Assembly (NCBI RefSeq): GCF_000039765.1
Contig: NC_004460.2
Coordinates: 1,770,001-1,802,000 of the forward strand
Direction of reading: 5' to 3'
From: Vibrio vulnificus CMCP6
GTDB lineage: Bacteria > Pseudomonadota > Gammaproteobacteria > Enterobacterales > Vibrionaceae
DNA: 32,000 bases
Positions 1 through 9,391 of this stretch are shown one piece after another; within the stretch, counting starts at the first letter, position 1, and the number at the start of each line of letters is the position of its first letter. Below the pieces are notes generated by a model that was not told where the DNA came from, did no database searches, and saw only the letters and a list, made by a program, of their open reading frames with translations. A program made the position numbers and the translations under genes.

Positions 1-763
1 TACGATAGGAGCGGTTTAACGCCGGATCATTTTGCACTTCAAACGCCAATTCATAGCCATCCAATCCGGGCATTTCGATATCGCTTACAAGCAAATCGAA
101 TGGGCGACCGCGTCCAGCTTCAACTCGCATCAGCTCCAATGCATCTAAGCCGTTTTTACAGATCTGATAACCGATGTTGATACCGTCGAGCGCATCACTC
201 AATTGTTTTCGAGCAATAGAGGAGTCATCGACAAGTAGAATGTTCAGCGCTTTGAGACGTTCACGTTCCACATCGGTCAACATTGGAATATTGGCGTTCT
301 CGTATTGCGGATAAATCTTCGAAAGCAATAACTCCACGTCCAGCATTTGCACGATTTCGTTGTTATAGCGCGTGATGCCAGTGACGAACACGTTATGACC
401 CGCGCTGGCAGGTGGGGTTTCAATCGAGCGCCAATCGCAATCGATGATCTTTTCAATCGAGCGCACCATGAAAGCCACAACGGTACGTAAGCAGTCTGTT
501 ACGATCAAATAGCTATTTTTGTATTCCGATTTGTCGATCGGGCGAAAACCAATCGCAGCGGACATGTCGATAACGGGCACGGTGAGGTTACGAATCGTGA
601 CGGTGCCGACCACGTGACGATGAGAGTAAGGTATTTGTGTCGTCGGCATGTATGGCACGATCTCCCTAACTTTGAGCGTACCAATAGCAAAATTTTGCTT
701 TAAGGTCAGTTTGAAGACCAGCATTCCTTGCGATTGATTAGCCTTACTTGGGGTTTTAGCCAT
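1..763 (-). CDS. cheV: Chemotaxis coupling protein CheV (CheW-like domain plus C-terminal receiver domain); the 3' end runs off the window
   Basis: Hand translation of the minus strand from ATG at 763-761 gives MAKTPSKANQSQGMLVFKLTLKQNFAIGTLKVREIVPYMP...HVVGTVTIRNLTVPVIDM (CheW-like). This is followed by LNILLVDDSSIARKQL...FDLLVSDIEMPGLDGYEL (receiver domain). The frame is open to position 1. It is missing from the ORF track because it is truncated at the edge; track ORFs 277-480 and 505-690 are off-frame. Confidence 0.85.
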   Translation of the reverse strand, partial: MAKTPSKANQSQGMLVFKLTLKQNFAIGTLKVREIVPYMPTTQIPYSHRHVVGTVTIRNLTVPVIDMSAAIGFRPIDKSEYKNSYLIVTDCLRTVVAFMVRSIEKIIDCDWRSIETPPASAGHNVFVTGITRYNNEIVQMLDVELLLSKIYPQYENANIPMLTDVERERLKALNILLVDDSSIARKQLSDALDGINIGYQICKNGLDALELMRVEAGRGRPFDLLVSDIEMPGLDGYELAFEVQNDPALNRSYR

Positions 764-930
764 GGGTATACCTTGTTTTGAAATTCTAACGCTTCAATCT
801 TACTTTATAATTCTAGTCCAGCAAGGGCTAAAGCGAAGTTAAAGCGTATGGTCGTGTGTTTAGATCAAATTAATGACCGATACCTGCCTTTAGGTTACAC
901 TTGCGCGTTTTTTATTTTAGGGGGTGTCTG

Positions 931-1209
931 ATGGCCAACACAGCAGCAGCGCTTCACATTTTGGTGAAGCATAAAGAGCAAGCGGAAGATATTATCGCTC
1001 AGTTGAAGAAAGGAGCGAAATTTCATGTGCTTGCGAAGAAGCATTCACTTTGCCCTTCGGGCAAACGTGGCGGTGACCTCGGTGAATTCAAACGTGGCCA
1101 GATGGTACCCCAGTTCGATAAAGTTTGCTTTACTGGTGAAGTTTTGACGCCACACTTAGTGAAAACCAAGTTCGGTTGGCACGTGTTGAAGGTGTTGTAC
1201 AGAACCTAA
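931..1209 (+). CDS. ppiC: Parvulin-type peptidyl-prolyl cis-trans isomerase C
   Basis: The 92-aa product [21 protein letters not shown]...[18 protein letters not shown]...[14 protein letters not shown] has typical PpiC/parvulin size and motifs. ATG at 931 is preferred over the TTG at 901 used in the track. Confidence 0.85.
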   Translation: MANTAAALHILVKHKEQAEDIIAQLKKGAKFHVLAKKHSLCPSGKRGGDLGEFKRGQMVPQFDKVCFTGEVLTPHLVKTKFGWHVLKVLYRT

Positions 1210-1288
1210 CGCCCTAACTTGCTATTGATTGAATGCTTTATTCTCGGCCGGTAACAAGTGGTGGGTATTGCAAATAAACCAAGTTAAG

Positions 1289-1313
1289 ACGCAGCCAGTT
1301 GGCTGCGTTTTTG
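1289..1313 (+). terminator. Rho-independent terminator after ppiC
   Basis: 8-bp stem ACGCAGCC/GGCTGCGT with a 4-nt loop, followed by a T run. Confidence 0.7.
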
Positions 1314-1441
1314 CGTTTATAGCTTTTGGAAAACGCCTCCCATCCCTCGATAAAAAATGAGCTATTTCGGGATCTTATCGACACTTTTTTCGTTAGAGAT
1401 CGCTATGCTAAAGATAACGCATTGCGCAAAAGGGTGAGGCT

Positions 1442-1867
1442 ATGAAATACAAACATATCTTGGTTGCCTTGGAGATTTCAGACGACAGCACCGTGCTGAT
1501 TGACCGAGCCGTTGAAATGGCGAACTACTTTGATTCAGAAATTTCCTTTATCCACATTGATGGGACTCATGGGGAGATTTATCGTGAACTCATCGACTTG
1601 AATGTCGATCCGACGCAAAGGCCGCTCACAGAACATTCAATGGAGTGTTTAAGAAGCTTTAGCGATTATATGGAATATCCATTGAAACACTTTTTTGTCG
1701 GGACTGGCGATCTAGGCGACAAACTTGAAGTCACCATCAAAGAGCACGAAGTTGATCTACTTATCTGCGGTCATCACCATAACTTCTGGAGCAAGATCAT
1801 CTCGTATTCAAGAACGTTGGTGAACAAATCTCCCGTGGATATTTTGGTGGTGCCAATCTTCGATTAG
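1442..1867 (+). CDS. Universal stress protein (UspA family)
   Basis: 141 aa with MKYKHILVALEISDDS...DLLICGHHHNFWSKI...PVDILVVP, a Usp-domain pattern. Shine-Dalgarno GGTGAGG lies upstream. Confidence 0.8.
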   Translation: MKYKHILVALEISDDSTVLIDRAVEMANYFDSEISFIHIDGTHGEIYRELIDLNVDPTQRPLTEHSMECLRSFSDYMEYPLKHFFVGTGDLGDKLEVTIKEHEVDLLICGHHHNFWSKIISYSRTLVNKSPVDILVVPIFD

Positions 1868-1885
1868 CCAAGCCATGATCCTAAG

Positions 1886-1914
1886 AGCCGCCTGCTAAAC
1901 AGGCGGCTTTTTTG
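1886..1914 (+). terminator. Rho-independent terminator after the usp gene
   Basis: Stem AGCCGCCTG/CAGGCGGCT followed by TTTTTTG. Confidence 0.8.
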
Positions 1915-2305
1915 TTGTGGTGAGTGGCTAGCAAAGCATCATCCAGTCGAAAATCGATTTTTGTATTCTCACCGAGTGTGACTTGTGCGGCATTTCTGGT
2001 CGATGGACAGGAAAAGAGAAAATGCAGCAAGGGGAGAAAGTTTGGTTAGCTTTGGCATAAAGGCGTATGGAAAGAGGTGGTAAACATAGAGATGAATTTG
2101 GCTTTTTAATATTTAAAACAGTACGTTAACTAAGTTGTTATTCCTGTCTCCATTCAATGGCTTATGATTTTTCCACCATACGCTGATGAAAAGGAGTCAC
2201 TACGCCTTTCCATTCACCCTTACAACTTGTTTGCAAAGGGGGAGGGCGGCGAGCAGACTCCTTTTATAATTTCAGTCATTGAATTCACTCGTACAGAAAA
2301 GAACG

Positions 2306-3685
2306 ATGACTAAAGGTGACGTGAAGAAAATGAATCAAGCAGAACACGCTTTGCCGACCAGCAAAGCCAATGTAATTTTGCATGCATTTGATTGGAAATA
2401 TGCCGATATCGCTAAACAGGCACAAAAAATTCAAGAGCTGGGTTATGGCTCAGTGCTTGTTTCACCGCCGTTACGCAGCGCCAAATCACCCAAGTGGTGG
2501 CAGCGTTACCAGCCACAAGATTACCGCGTGATTGATAACGCACTTGGTAACACCACTGATTTTCAGAACATGGTGACCGAGCTTCAGCGTTGTGGTGTTT
2601 GGGTCTATGCGGATGTGGTGTTTAATCATATGGCGAATGAAGCAAAACAGAGAGCGGACTTAAACTACCCAAGCAAAACCGTGCTCGAAGAGTACATGTG
2701 CGATCCTGAGTATTATGAAAGCCAACGATTGTTTGGTGATCTCTCTGAGCCTCTATTTACCGAAGAAGATTTTGTTGAAGCGTTTGGCATTCAAGATTGG
2801 AAAGACAAGTGGCAAGTGCAAAATGGCCGTATCAGCGGTGGCCCGACTGACCCCGGTTTACCGACCTTACGTGTTCATGAGCATGTGATTACCCAGCAGC
2901 GTCATTACTTAATGGCGCTGAAGGCGATGGGTGTCAAAGGGTTTCGCATTGATGCAGCAAAGCACATGACGCTAGAGCATATCAAGCAAGTGTGGACAGA
3001 AGACATTACGCAGGGCATGCATATCTTCGGTGAAATCATTACCGATGGGGGAGCCACGGAAGAGGAGTATGAACTCTTTCTGCAACCTTATTTGCAAGAG
3101 ACTCGTCTCGGTGCGTACGATTTCCCTCTTTTTAGCACCTTATTTAAAGCCTTTGCCGCGAAAGGCAGCTTTAAAAGCTTGATAGACCCTTACTGTTTTG
3201 GTCAGGCGTTGTCGAATCGGCGCGCAATTACGTTTGTCACCACACATGACATTCCCAACAATGATGTGTTTGCTAACTTAGTGTTAGATGAAGAAAACGA
3301 GTGGTTAGCTTACGCCTATGTATTGGGGCGTGATGGTGGAACACCTCTGATTTACACCGATCTCGATACGAGCGGCATACTTAACCAGAACGGGCAGCCA
3401 CGTTGGAAAGACGCTTGGCATGATCCGCGAATGGTACAGATGATTGCATTCCACAACCGCTTTCATGGCGAGCCAATGACGGTGCTGGAAGGGAATGATG
3501 ATATGTTGGTGTTCAGCCGTGGTGAGCGTGGTTTTGTGGTGATCAACAAATCGGCGCGGAAACAAACGGTCTCTTTACCATTAGCTCGTCCTCTTCAAGA
3601 TATGTTGACGGGCAAGCATTTCTTACCAATGAACGGCAAGATTGACATTGTCGTTGCGGCAAAAACGGCGTTGATGATGTGTTGA
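2306..3685 (+). CDS. Alpha-amylase, glycoside hydrolase family 13, apparently cytoplasmic (no signal peptide)
   Basis: GH13 conserved regions are present: VYADVVFNHM, GFRIDAAKHM, FGEIITDG and FVTTHD. The ORF opens at TTG 2279. In-frame ATGs at 2306 and 2330 are more likely starts, so the start is uncertain. Confidence 0.85.
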   Translation: MTKGDVKKMNQAEHALPTSKANVILHAFDWKYADIAKQAQKIQELGYGSVLVSPPLRSAKSPKWWQRYQPQDYRVIDNALGNTTDFQNMVTELQRCGVWVYADVVFNHMANEAKQRADLNYPSKTVLEEYMCDPEYYESQRLFGDLSEPLFTEEDFVEAFGIQDWKDKWQVQNGRISGGPTDPGLPTLRVHEHVITQQRHYLMALKAMGVKGFRIDAAKHMTLEHIKQVWTEDITQGMHIFGEIITDGGATEEEYELFLQPYLQETRLGAYDFPLFSTLFKAFAAKGSFKSLIDPYCFGQALSNRRAITFVTTHDIPNNDVFANLVLDEENEWLAYAYVLGRDGGTPLIYTDLDTSGILNQNGQPRWKDAWHDPRMVQMIAFHNRFHGEPMTVLEGNDDMLVFSRGERGFVVINKSARKQTVSLPLARPLQDMLTGKHFLPMNGKIDIVVAAKTALMMC

Positions 3686-3728
3686 GATAACGTCAAGGCT
3701 GGTAGATAGCGAAACAAAAGAGCGAAAA

Positions 3729-3760
3729 CAAAAAAGGCGAAGTCTCACTTCGCCTTTTCT
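3729..3760. terminator. Bidirectional terminator between the amylase gene and the convergent chemoreceptor gene
   Basis: 9-bp stem AGGCGAAGT/ACTTCGCCT flanked by an A run upstream and a T run downstream. Confidence 0.8.
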
Positions 3761-3779
3761 ATTGCCGTTCGAGCCGGAC

Positions 3780-5648
3780 TTACACAATAAATTTATTAAG
3801 AATTGCGTCCTGCTCTCGAACGTTCTCTACCTGAACTTGCATCGCGATGTTGGCGTTTTCTGCCAAATCCGCGACTTGAACAGAGAGGTCTTTAATTTTC
3901 ACTGTGTTGTTATTGATCTCTTCAGCCACCAGGCTTTGCTCTTCCGCTGCAGAGGCAATTTGAATGTTCATGTCACTTATCTGCTGAATCGCATTACGAA
4001 TACGTTCAAGGGCATGGTTGGCTTCTTGTGCTCGGGCAACGGCGTTGGTGGCGGTGTCTTTGCTTTGATTCATGGCACTGGCAACCGAATTTGCACTGCT
4101 TTGCAGTTTTTCAATCATGGTGCGAATTTCGGTAGTGGATTGCTGAGTACGCTGAGCGAGCGTGCGAACTTCGTCTGCAACCACAGCAAATCCTCGGCCA
4201 GATTCACCTGCACGAGCGGCCTCGATGGCGGCGTTCAGTGCCAACAAATTGGTTTGATCGGCAATGTCGTTGATCACCTTCAAGATGGTTTCAATGTTCG
4301 CCGTTGCAGATTCAAGCACTTGAACTTCTACCACTGCTTGATCAATGCGCACGGAAAGATCGTCTATCGCCTGTGTCGTGTCACTAACAATATCGGTGCC
4401 ATCAACGGTAGCGTCGTCCGCCACTTTCGCTGCAGAGGCAGCGCCTTGCGCGTTAGAGGCGACATCGGACGCGGTGGTGGCCATTTCATGCATTGCGGTA
4501 GCAAGCTGTTCCAGTTCACGTAGCTGCTCTTGCATTGCCGCCGCAGATTCTTGTAGGCCACCAGAGGTGGTTTCAGAGCCACGCAGAATTTCTTCACCAA
4601 TGGCTTTCGACTGTTTGATCAACTGCTGAAGCGTGCCCGTGAAGGTGTTAAACCCATCTGCCAGTTGAGAGAATTCTTTGTCTGTGTTGGTGTCCAATCG
4701 TTGGGTCAGATCCCCTTCACCTGATGCCACGTCTTGAATGGCGTTATTGAGATCATCAAGAGGGCGCATCAAGGTGCGAATCAGTACCAGCAAAATCGCA
4801 ATACTTAAGAGCAAGGCAACGATGGTGTATATGATGGAACTGTTGCGTAAGTCATTAATGGATTGATAGGCAATACTTTCATCGAGGACGACGCCCACAT
4901 ACCAGTTTTCTCCTGGAACTGAAGCAAAATCGAGGGTATATGAAATGCCATCTAGTACGACTTGCTGTGGGTTTTCGCGAATTTGCACGTTCGGCATGTA
5001 TTCAGACATCGGTTTGCCGTTGAGCTTAGTGTCTGGGTGCGCGATGGTGGTGCCATCTTCGGAAACGATGAACACATAACCCGCATCAAACAATTTTACC
5101 TGGTTCACGAGTTCGGCAAGGCCCGCTAAGCTCACGTCGTAGAATATGGCGCCAATAAATGTCCCGTTGTCTCTCACGGGGGTGGCGATGGAAACCAGAA
5201 TTTCATTGGTCGCGGAATCCGCATAGGGAGCGGTGATGATGAGTTGTCCTGCATTTTTGGCATCTTTGTACCAAGGACGAACGCGAGGATCCCAAGTCGG
5301 TCCTGGGTTCCAACTTGGATCGTTGTTAATGTTTGACCCATCTTTTTCAAAGCCGAGACCCGCGAGTAAAAAGGTGTTTTTAACGATAGGGCGGGTAATG
5401 ACATCGGAAATATGTTTGGGCGACAGATCGGTCTCCATCATGCTCGTGGCATAAGCAGCAATGGCTTTGCGGCCATCGATTTCTGCTGCGACGGTATTTC
5501 GAACCCCATCTACGATTTCCGTGACACTCGCTTCGACTTGCTCCGTCAGCTCATCTTGCATGGTGAAATACTGCTTGGCTGTCAGTAAGGATACGGTAAC
5601 CAACAATAGCGCAGATGAAGCGGCTACAATTTTATGACTAAATTTCAT
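3780..5648 (-). CDS. Methyl-accepting chemotaxis protein with a periplasmic dCache_1-type sensor
   Basis: 622 aa. It has an N-terminal TM segment, a Cache-like region ([32 protein letters not shown]), a second TM segment, a HAMP domain, and the highly conserved signalling hairpin [32 protein letters not shown]. Confidence 0.9.
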   Translation of the reverse strand: MKFSHKIVAASSALLLVTVSLLTAKQYFTMQDELTEQVEASVTEIVDGVRNTVAAEIDGRKAIAAYATSMMETDLSPKHISDVITRPIVKNTFLLAGLGFEKDGSNINNDPSWNPGPTWDPRVRPWYKDAKNAGQLIITAPYADSATNEILVSIATPVRDNGTFIGAIFYDVSLAGLAELVNQVKLFDAGYVFIVSEDGTTIAHPDTKLNGKPMSEYMPNVQIRENPQQVVLDGISYTLDFASVPGENWYVGVVLDESIAYQSINDLRNSSIIYTIVALLLSIAILLVLIRTLMRPLDDLNNAIQDVASGEGDLTQRLDTNTDKEFSQLADGFNTFTGTLQQLIKQSKAIGEEILRGSETTSGGLQESAAAMQEQLRELEQLATAMHEMATTASDVASNAQGAASAAKVADDATVDGTDIVSDTTQAIDDLSVRIDQAVVEVQVLESATANIETILKVINDIADQTNLLALNAAIEAARAGESGRGFAVVADEVRTLAQRTQQSTTEIRTMIEKLQSSANSVASAMNQSKDTATNAVARAQEANHALERIRNAIQQISDMNIQIASAAEEQSLVAEEINNNTVKIKDLSVQVADLAENANIAMQVQVENVREQDAILNKFIV

Positions 5649-5753
5649 CCCAATTCCCCCGAATATGGTTGAGTCGCCAACTATCTATATTTTTATAGTT
5701 AAGAAACTGGAGTTCATCCAATTATTTGATGGTTTTAAGCCACTTTTAGATAA

Positions 5754-5781
5754 GAAAAAAGCGAAGGCTATGCCTTCGCTT
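5754..5781 (-). terminator. Terminator of the upstream (second) chemoreceptor gene
   Basis: Stem AGCGAAGGC/GCCTTCGCT preceded by an A run on the plus strand, which is a U run on the minus-strand RNA. Confidence 0.75.
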
Positions 5782-5789
5782 TGTGTGGG

Positions 5790-7661
5790 TTAGACGATGA
5801 ATCGATTTAAGATTTCGTCCAGTTTTCTAACGTTTTCCGTTTGAACTTGCATCGCTTGGTTGGCATTTGAGGCTTCACCAGCCACTTGTGTCGACAAGTC
5901 TTTAATATTGACTGTGTTGTTGTTAATTTCTTCTGCGACCAAACTCTGTTCTTCTGCCGCAGAGGCAATTTGCATGTTCATGTCGGTAATACGCTGAATC
6001 GCGTCGCGGATACGTTGCAGAGAGTCATTGGCTTCGCGTGCGCGTTCAACCGCTTCAACCGCGCTGCCTTTACTTTCTTTCATGGCGCTTGCAACGGATG
6101 CAGCCCCAGATTGCAACTGCTCAATCATGCTACGAATTTCTGTTGTAGACTCTTGAGTTCGTTGTGCCAGCGTACGAACTTCGTCCGCAACCACCGCAAA
6201 GCCACGACCAGATTCACCCGCTCGAGCGGCCTCAATAGCAGCATTCAGTGCCAACAAGTTCGTTTGATCGGCAATGTCGTTAATCACTTTCAAGATGGTT
6301 TCGATGTTAGCGGTGGCAGATTCTAGACCTTGAACCTCTTCAACGGCCATATCAATGCGCTCGGAGAGCTGATTAATCGACTCCGTTGATTCATTGACGA
6401 CTACGGAACCTTGTTGAGTCGCGTCATCGGCTTCTTGAGCCGCGCCCGCTGCCCCTTGTGCGTTATTGGCTACTTCGGTGGCTGTCACAGCCATCTCATT
6501 CATTGCCGTTGCAAGTTGTTCTAGTTCTTGCAACTGCGTCCCCATGGCTTCAGCAGAGCCTTTTGCCCCTGTCGCTGTGAGCTCTGTACCGTGCATGATC
6601 TCACGTCCAATCTCTTTCGACTGAATGATTTGATTCTGTAGGTTGCTGGTAAAGGTGTTGAAGCCTGTCGCTAGCGTTGAAAACTCTTCATCGGTATTGG
6701 TATCTAAGCGGTGAGTCAGATCGCCTTGGCCTGAGGCGATATCCTGAATGGCGGCGTTCAGAGCATCGAGCGGACGCATTAGGACACGAATCAGAACCGT
6801 CAAAGCGATAATACTAAGAATCAATGCGATGACAGAATAAAGGATAGAGCTGTTACGTAAGTCAGCGACGGCTGAGAAAGCGATGTCTTCATCAATGATT
6901 GCACCGATATACCAGTTTTCACTTGGGATCTTAGTAAAGGTGACTTGATAGCGCGCACCATCTCTTTCAAAGTGCTGCTCGCCTTCTTTGAGCTGAACTT
7001 CAGGAAGATATTTGGAGAAAACTTCACCATTATTTTTCGCATCTGGGTGAGCGATGGTTGTACCGTCTGAAGAGACGAGGAAGAGATATCCCGCATCAAA
7101 AAGACTCACTTGGTTAACCAATTGCGCCAGGTTAGTCAACTGCATGTCGTAAAACATTCCCGCGACAAACTTACCGTTTTCTTTGACTGGTGTACCCACT
7201 GAGATGATCACCGTTTTACTGGAAATATCGACATAAGGTGCGGTGACAATCAATTTGTTTTGCGATTTGGCATCCACGTACCAAGGGCGTTTACGAGGAT
7301 CGTAATCTGGGGCGGCTTCCCAGCCGTCATCGTTTTCGATAACAAATCCATTCTCTTCATAGCCAAAACCCACAGCAAGAAAACTGGTCTTTAGTTTTGG
7401 TTTTTCCAAGATGGTTTTCACATAGTCGCGGTCAAAAGGATCAATTTCGATGACCTCTGTTGTCGACTGTGCGAGGTTTTTCTTTGCTTCCATTTCAGAA
7501 ACAACGGTATTGCGGACACTGCTGACCATTTCGTTGAGGCTGGTAGTGACGTGATCTTCGATGGTGTTACGCACGGTATAAATTTGTTTTAGCGACAGCA
7601 AAGAAATGGTCACCAATAGAAGCACGGAGGAAGCGGCTACAACCTTGTGACTAAATTTCAT
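5790..7661 (-). CDS. Methyl-accepting chemotaxis protein with a dCache_1-type sensor; tandem paralog of 3780-5648
   Basis: 623 aa with the same architecture. The N-terminus [18 protein letters not shown] parallels the neighbouring gene. The sensor region contains [14 protein letters not shown] and [20 protein letters not shown]. The signalling hairpin is identical to the neighbour's. Confidence 0.9.
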   Translation of the reverse strand: MKFSHKVVAASSVLLLVTISLLSLKQIYTVRNTIEDHVTTSLNEMVSSVRNTVVSEMEAKKNLAQSTTEVIEIDPFDRDYVKTILEKPKLKTSFLAVGFGYEENGFVIENDDGWEAAPDYDPRKRPWYVDAKSQNKLIVTAPYVDISSKTVIISVGTPVKENGKFVAGMFYDMQLTNLAQLVNQVSLFDAGYLFLVSSDGTTIAHPDAKNNGEVFSKYLPEVQLKEGEQHFERDGARYQVTFTKIPSENWYIGAIIDEDIAFSAVADLRNSSILYSVIALILSIIALTVLIRVLMRPLDALNAAIQDIASGQGDLTHRLDTNTDEEFSTLATGFNTFTSNLQNQIIQSKEIGREIMHGTELTATGAKGSAEAMGTQLQELEQLATAMNEMAVTATEVANNAQGAAGAAQEADDATQQGSVVVNESTESINQLSERIDMAVEEVQGLESATANIETILKVINDIADQTNLLALNAAIEAARAGESGRGFAVVADEVRTLAQRTQESTTEIRSMIEQLQSGAASVASAMKESKGSAVEAVERAREANDSLQRIRDAIQRITDMNMQIASAAEEQSLVAEEINNNTVNIKDLSTQVAGEASNANQAMQVQTENVRKLDEILNRFIV

Positions 7662-8362
7662 ATAAATCCCTCAGCTTATAATTACTGTTCTTTCATTTTT
7701 ATTAATTGTAGAAGTTATATCGACATTTAGGTCTCAAACATGAGTACAATTTGTTACTTTTTTTAACCTGAGGCAATGATTTGTCTATGAAAGTGTAATT
7801 TCTGTGATAATAGTGGCTTTATTATGTGTTTGACTGCTTATTACATAAAATGAACGGTAAATTTTATTAAGTTGTTGATATTAATTCGGAATATTTTACT
7901 CCTGAACTGTTTTTTGCAATGCGAGTATTTTGAGCCTCGCAAAGAGCGTTCTTTAGACAAATGTTATTACAATCCGCGTGCTTGATGAAAAAATAGACAA
8001 AGCGTACTGCGGAAACACACTTCAAGTAACCTTACGATTTAAATTCCAACATAGTCTTCATTCATTTCGTCATGACTAAAGTGCGGTAGCGATTGTCTTA
8101 TTTATAGGAAAAAACCTTGTTTGAGCCGGTTGCCTGTTTGTCTTATTCATACTCATTGATACGCTACCGCTCACTTAAAGTGTGAATATTAGAAAGCGAA
8201 ATATCACCGAAACATTTGTCTTGTTAAGGGTTGAAAAGACAGAGACGACTGAGCTAAATGGGAAGCGAAAAGGAAATATATGGTTCGCCCATGATGTCGC
8301 AATTCAAACCTAGATAAATGGCAAACGGATGTTGATTGGCTGTGATTTAAAAAGGATATGGG

Positions 8363-9391
8363 ATGAGCACAAGGACGGAATGGGTTGATTACGCCAAAGC
8401 GATAGGGATTATTCTCGTTGTATTTGGCCATGTTAATCGAGGGATATACGACGCAGGCTTTGGTTTGCCAGAAAGCATTCATAGCGTTGTTGACAGTGTA
8501 ATTTACAGCTTTCATATGCCTTTGTTTTTTTTCCTTTCAGGGCTGTTCTGCATGGAGTCTTTTAGAAAACGAGGAGGAACAGGGGTATTAAAAGCCAAAA
8601 TAGACACCCTTATTTACCCTTATTTACTGTGGTCTTTACTTCAAGGGAGCATTGAAGTTGGCCTTTCCAATTATACCAATGGGTCGACGTCTTTCTCGGA
8701 TCTCATCCAAATACTTTGGGCACCCAGAGCTCAGTTTTGGTTTCTTTATGTTCTGTTCGCCATATTCTGCGTAATGGCCGTTTATTTCTCTATGGTGAAA
8801 CGCAGACAGGTTGAGCTTCTTTTTGTCCTTTCTGTATTGTTGTATCTGTTTCGCGGTTCGCTTCCAGAGAGTTATCTCCTTAACCTTATTGCAATCAACC
8901 TTGTTTATTTTGTTTTGGGTATTGTGTTTGCGGAAAACATGTCTCGGAATGAAGAGTGGCTTCGTCCTCAAACATCACTACTCGCCTGTTTACTGATTTT
9001 TATCGTGTTGCAATGGTTATTCCACTTCAATTTAGGCTATCGGCATTACGATAAAGGGGTGATGACTTTAACCATCGCCACCATTGCGATTGCCTTAGTG
9101 ATTTGCTTATCCATTACCCTATCTAAGGTGAAGGTAGGATGGTTACAAGTGATCGGTTTGTATTCAATGCAAATCTACCTCATGCACATTCTAACGGGCA
9201 GTGGCGCGCGTATTATGATGAGCAAAATCTTTCATGTGGATTCAACCCTCATTCACTTGGTTGTAGGGACGATTGCAGGGGTTGTGCTTCCGATCGTATT
9301 AACAAAAGTCATAGAGCGAGTGAACATTCAATATTTATTCTCCGCCCCCGTATGTGATTTTATTTTTCGGAGTAAGAAGAAAGCGCTATGA
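8363..9391 (+). CDS. Acyltransferase family 3 integral membrane protein (OafA/NolL-like O-acyltransferase)
   Basis: 342 aa and polytopic. The N-terminus WVDYAKAIGIILVVFGHV followed by SFHMPLFFFLSG is the usual acyltransferase_3 signature. Confidence 0.75.
   Translation: MSTRTEWVDYAKAIGIILVVFGHVNRGIYDAGFGLPESIHSVVDSVIYSFHMPLFFFLSGLFCMESFRKRGGTGVLKAKIDTLIYPYLLWSLLQGSIEVGLSNYTNGSTSFSDLIQILWAPRAQFWFLYVLFAIFCVMAVYFSMVKRRQVELLFVLSVLLYLFRGSLPESYLLNLIAINLVYFVLGIVFAENMSRNEEWLRPQTSLLACLLIFIVLQWLFHFNLGYRHYDKGVMTLTIATIAIALVICLSITLSKVKVGWLQVIGLYSMQIYLMHILTGSGARIMMSKIFHVDSTLIHLVVGTIAGVVLPIVLTKVIERVNIQYLFSAPVCDFIFRSKKKAL

Noticed and set aside
277-690. Track ORFs 277-480 and 505-690 on the minus strand.
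   Set aside because: Both are off-frame within the partial cheV gene (1-763, minus strand), whose translation gives clear CheW and receiver domains.
2160-2260. A G-rich block (GGGGGAGGGCGG) and a GATGA element upstream of the amylase gene that resemble MalT boxes.
   Set aside because: These are only imperfect single matches to my recollection of the MalT box consensus. Without a position-weight scan or conservation data I cannot support a regulatory call.
3762-4629. Long plus-strand ORFs (253 aa at 3762-4523 and 94 aa at 4345-4629) antisense to the first chemoreceptor. Similar antisense ORFs occur at 5886-6326 and at 26539-27223 in the other chemoreceptors.
   Set aside because: They lie wholly inside well-supported MCP genes. 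Their translations are low-complexity (Cys/Gly/Val/Phe/Asn-rich) mirror images of the Ala/Glu/Gln-rich coiled coil. They have no Shine-Dalgarno sequence and no recognisable domains. This is a typical antisense-frame artefact.
8204-8515. 103-aa minus-strand ORF overlapping the start of the acyltransferase gene.
   Set aside because: It overlaps the conserved N-terminus of the acyltransferase_3 gene on the opposite strand and extends into AT-rich non-coding DNA. Nothing supports it as coding.
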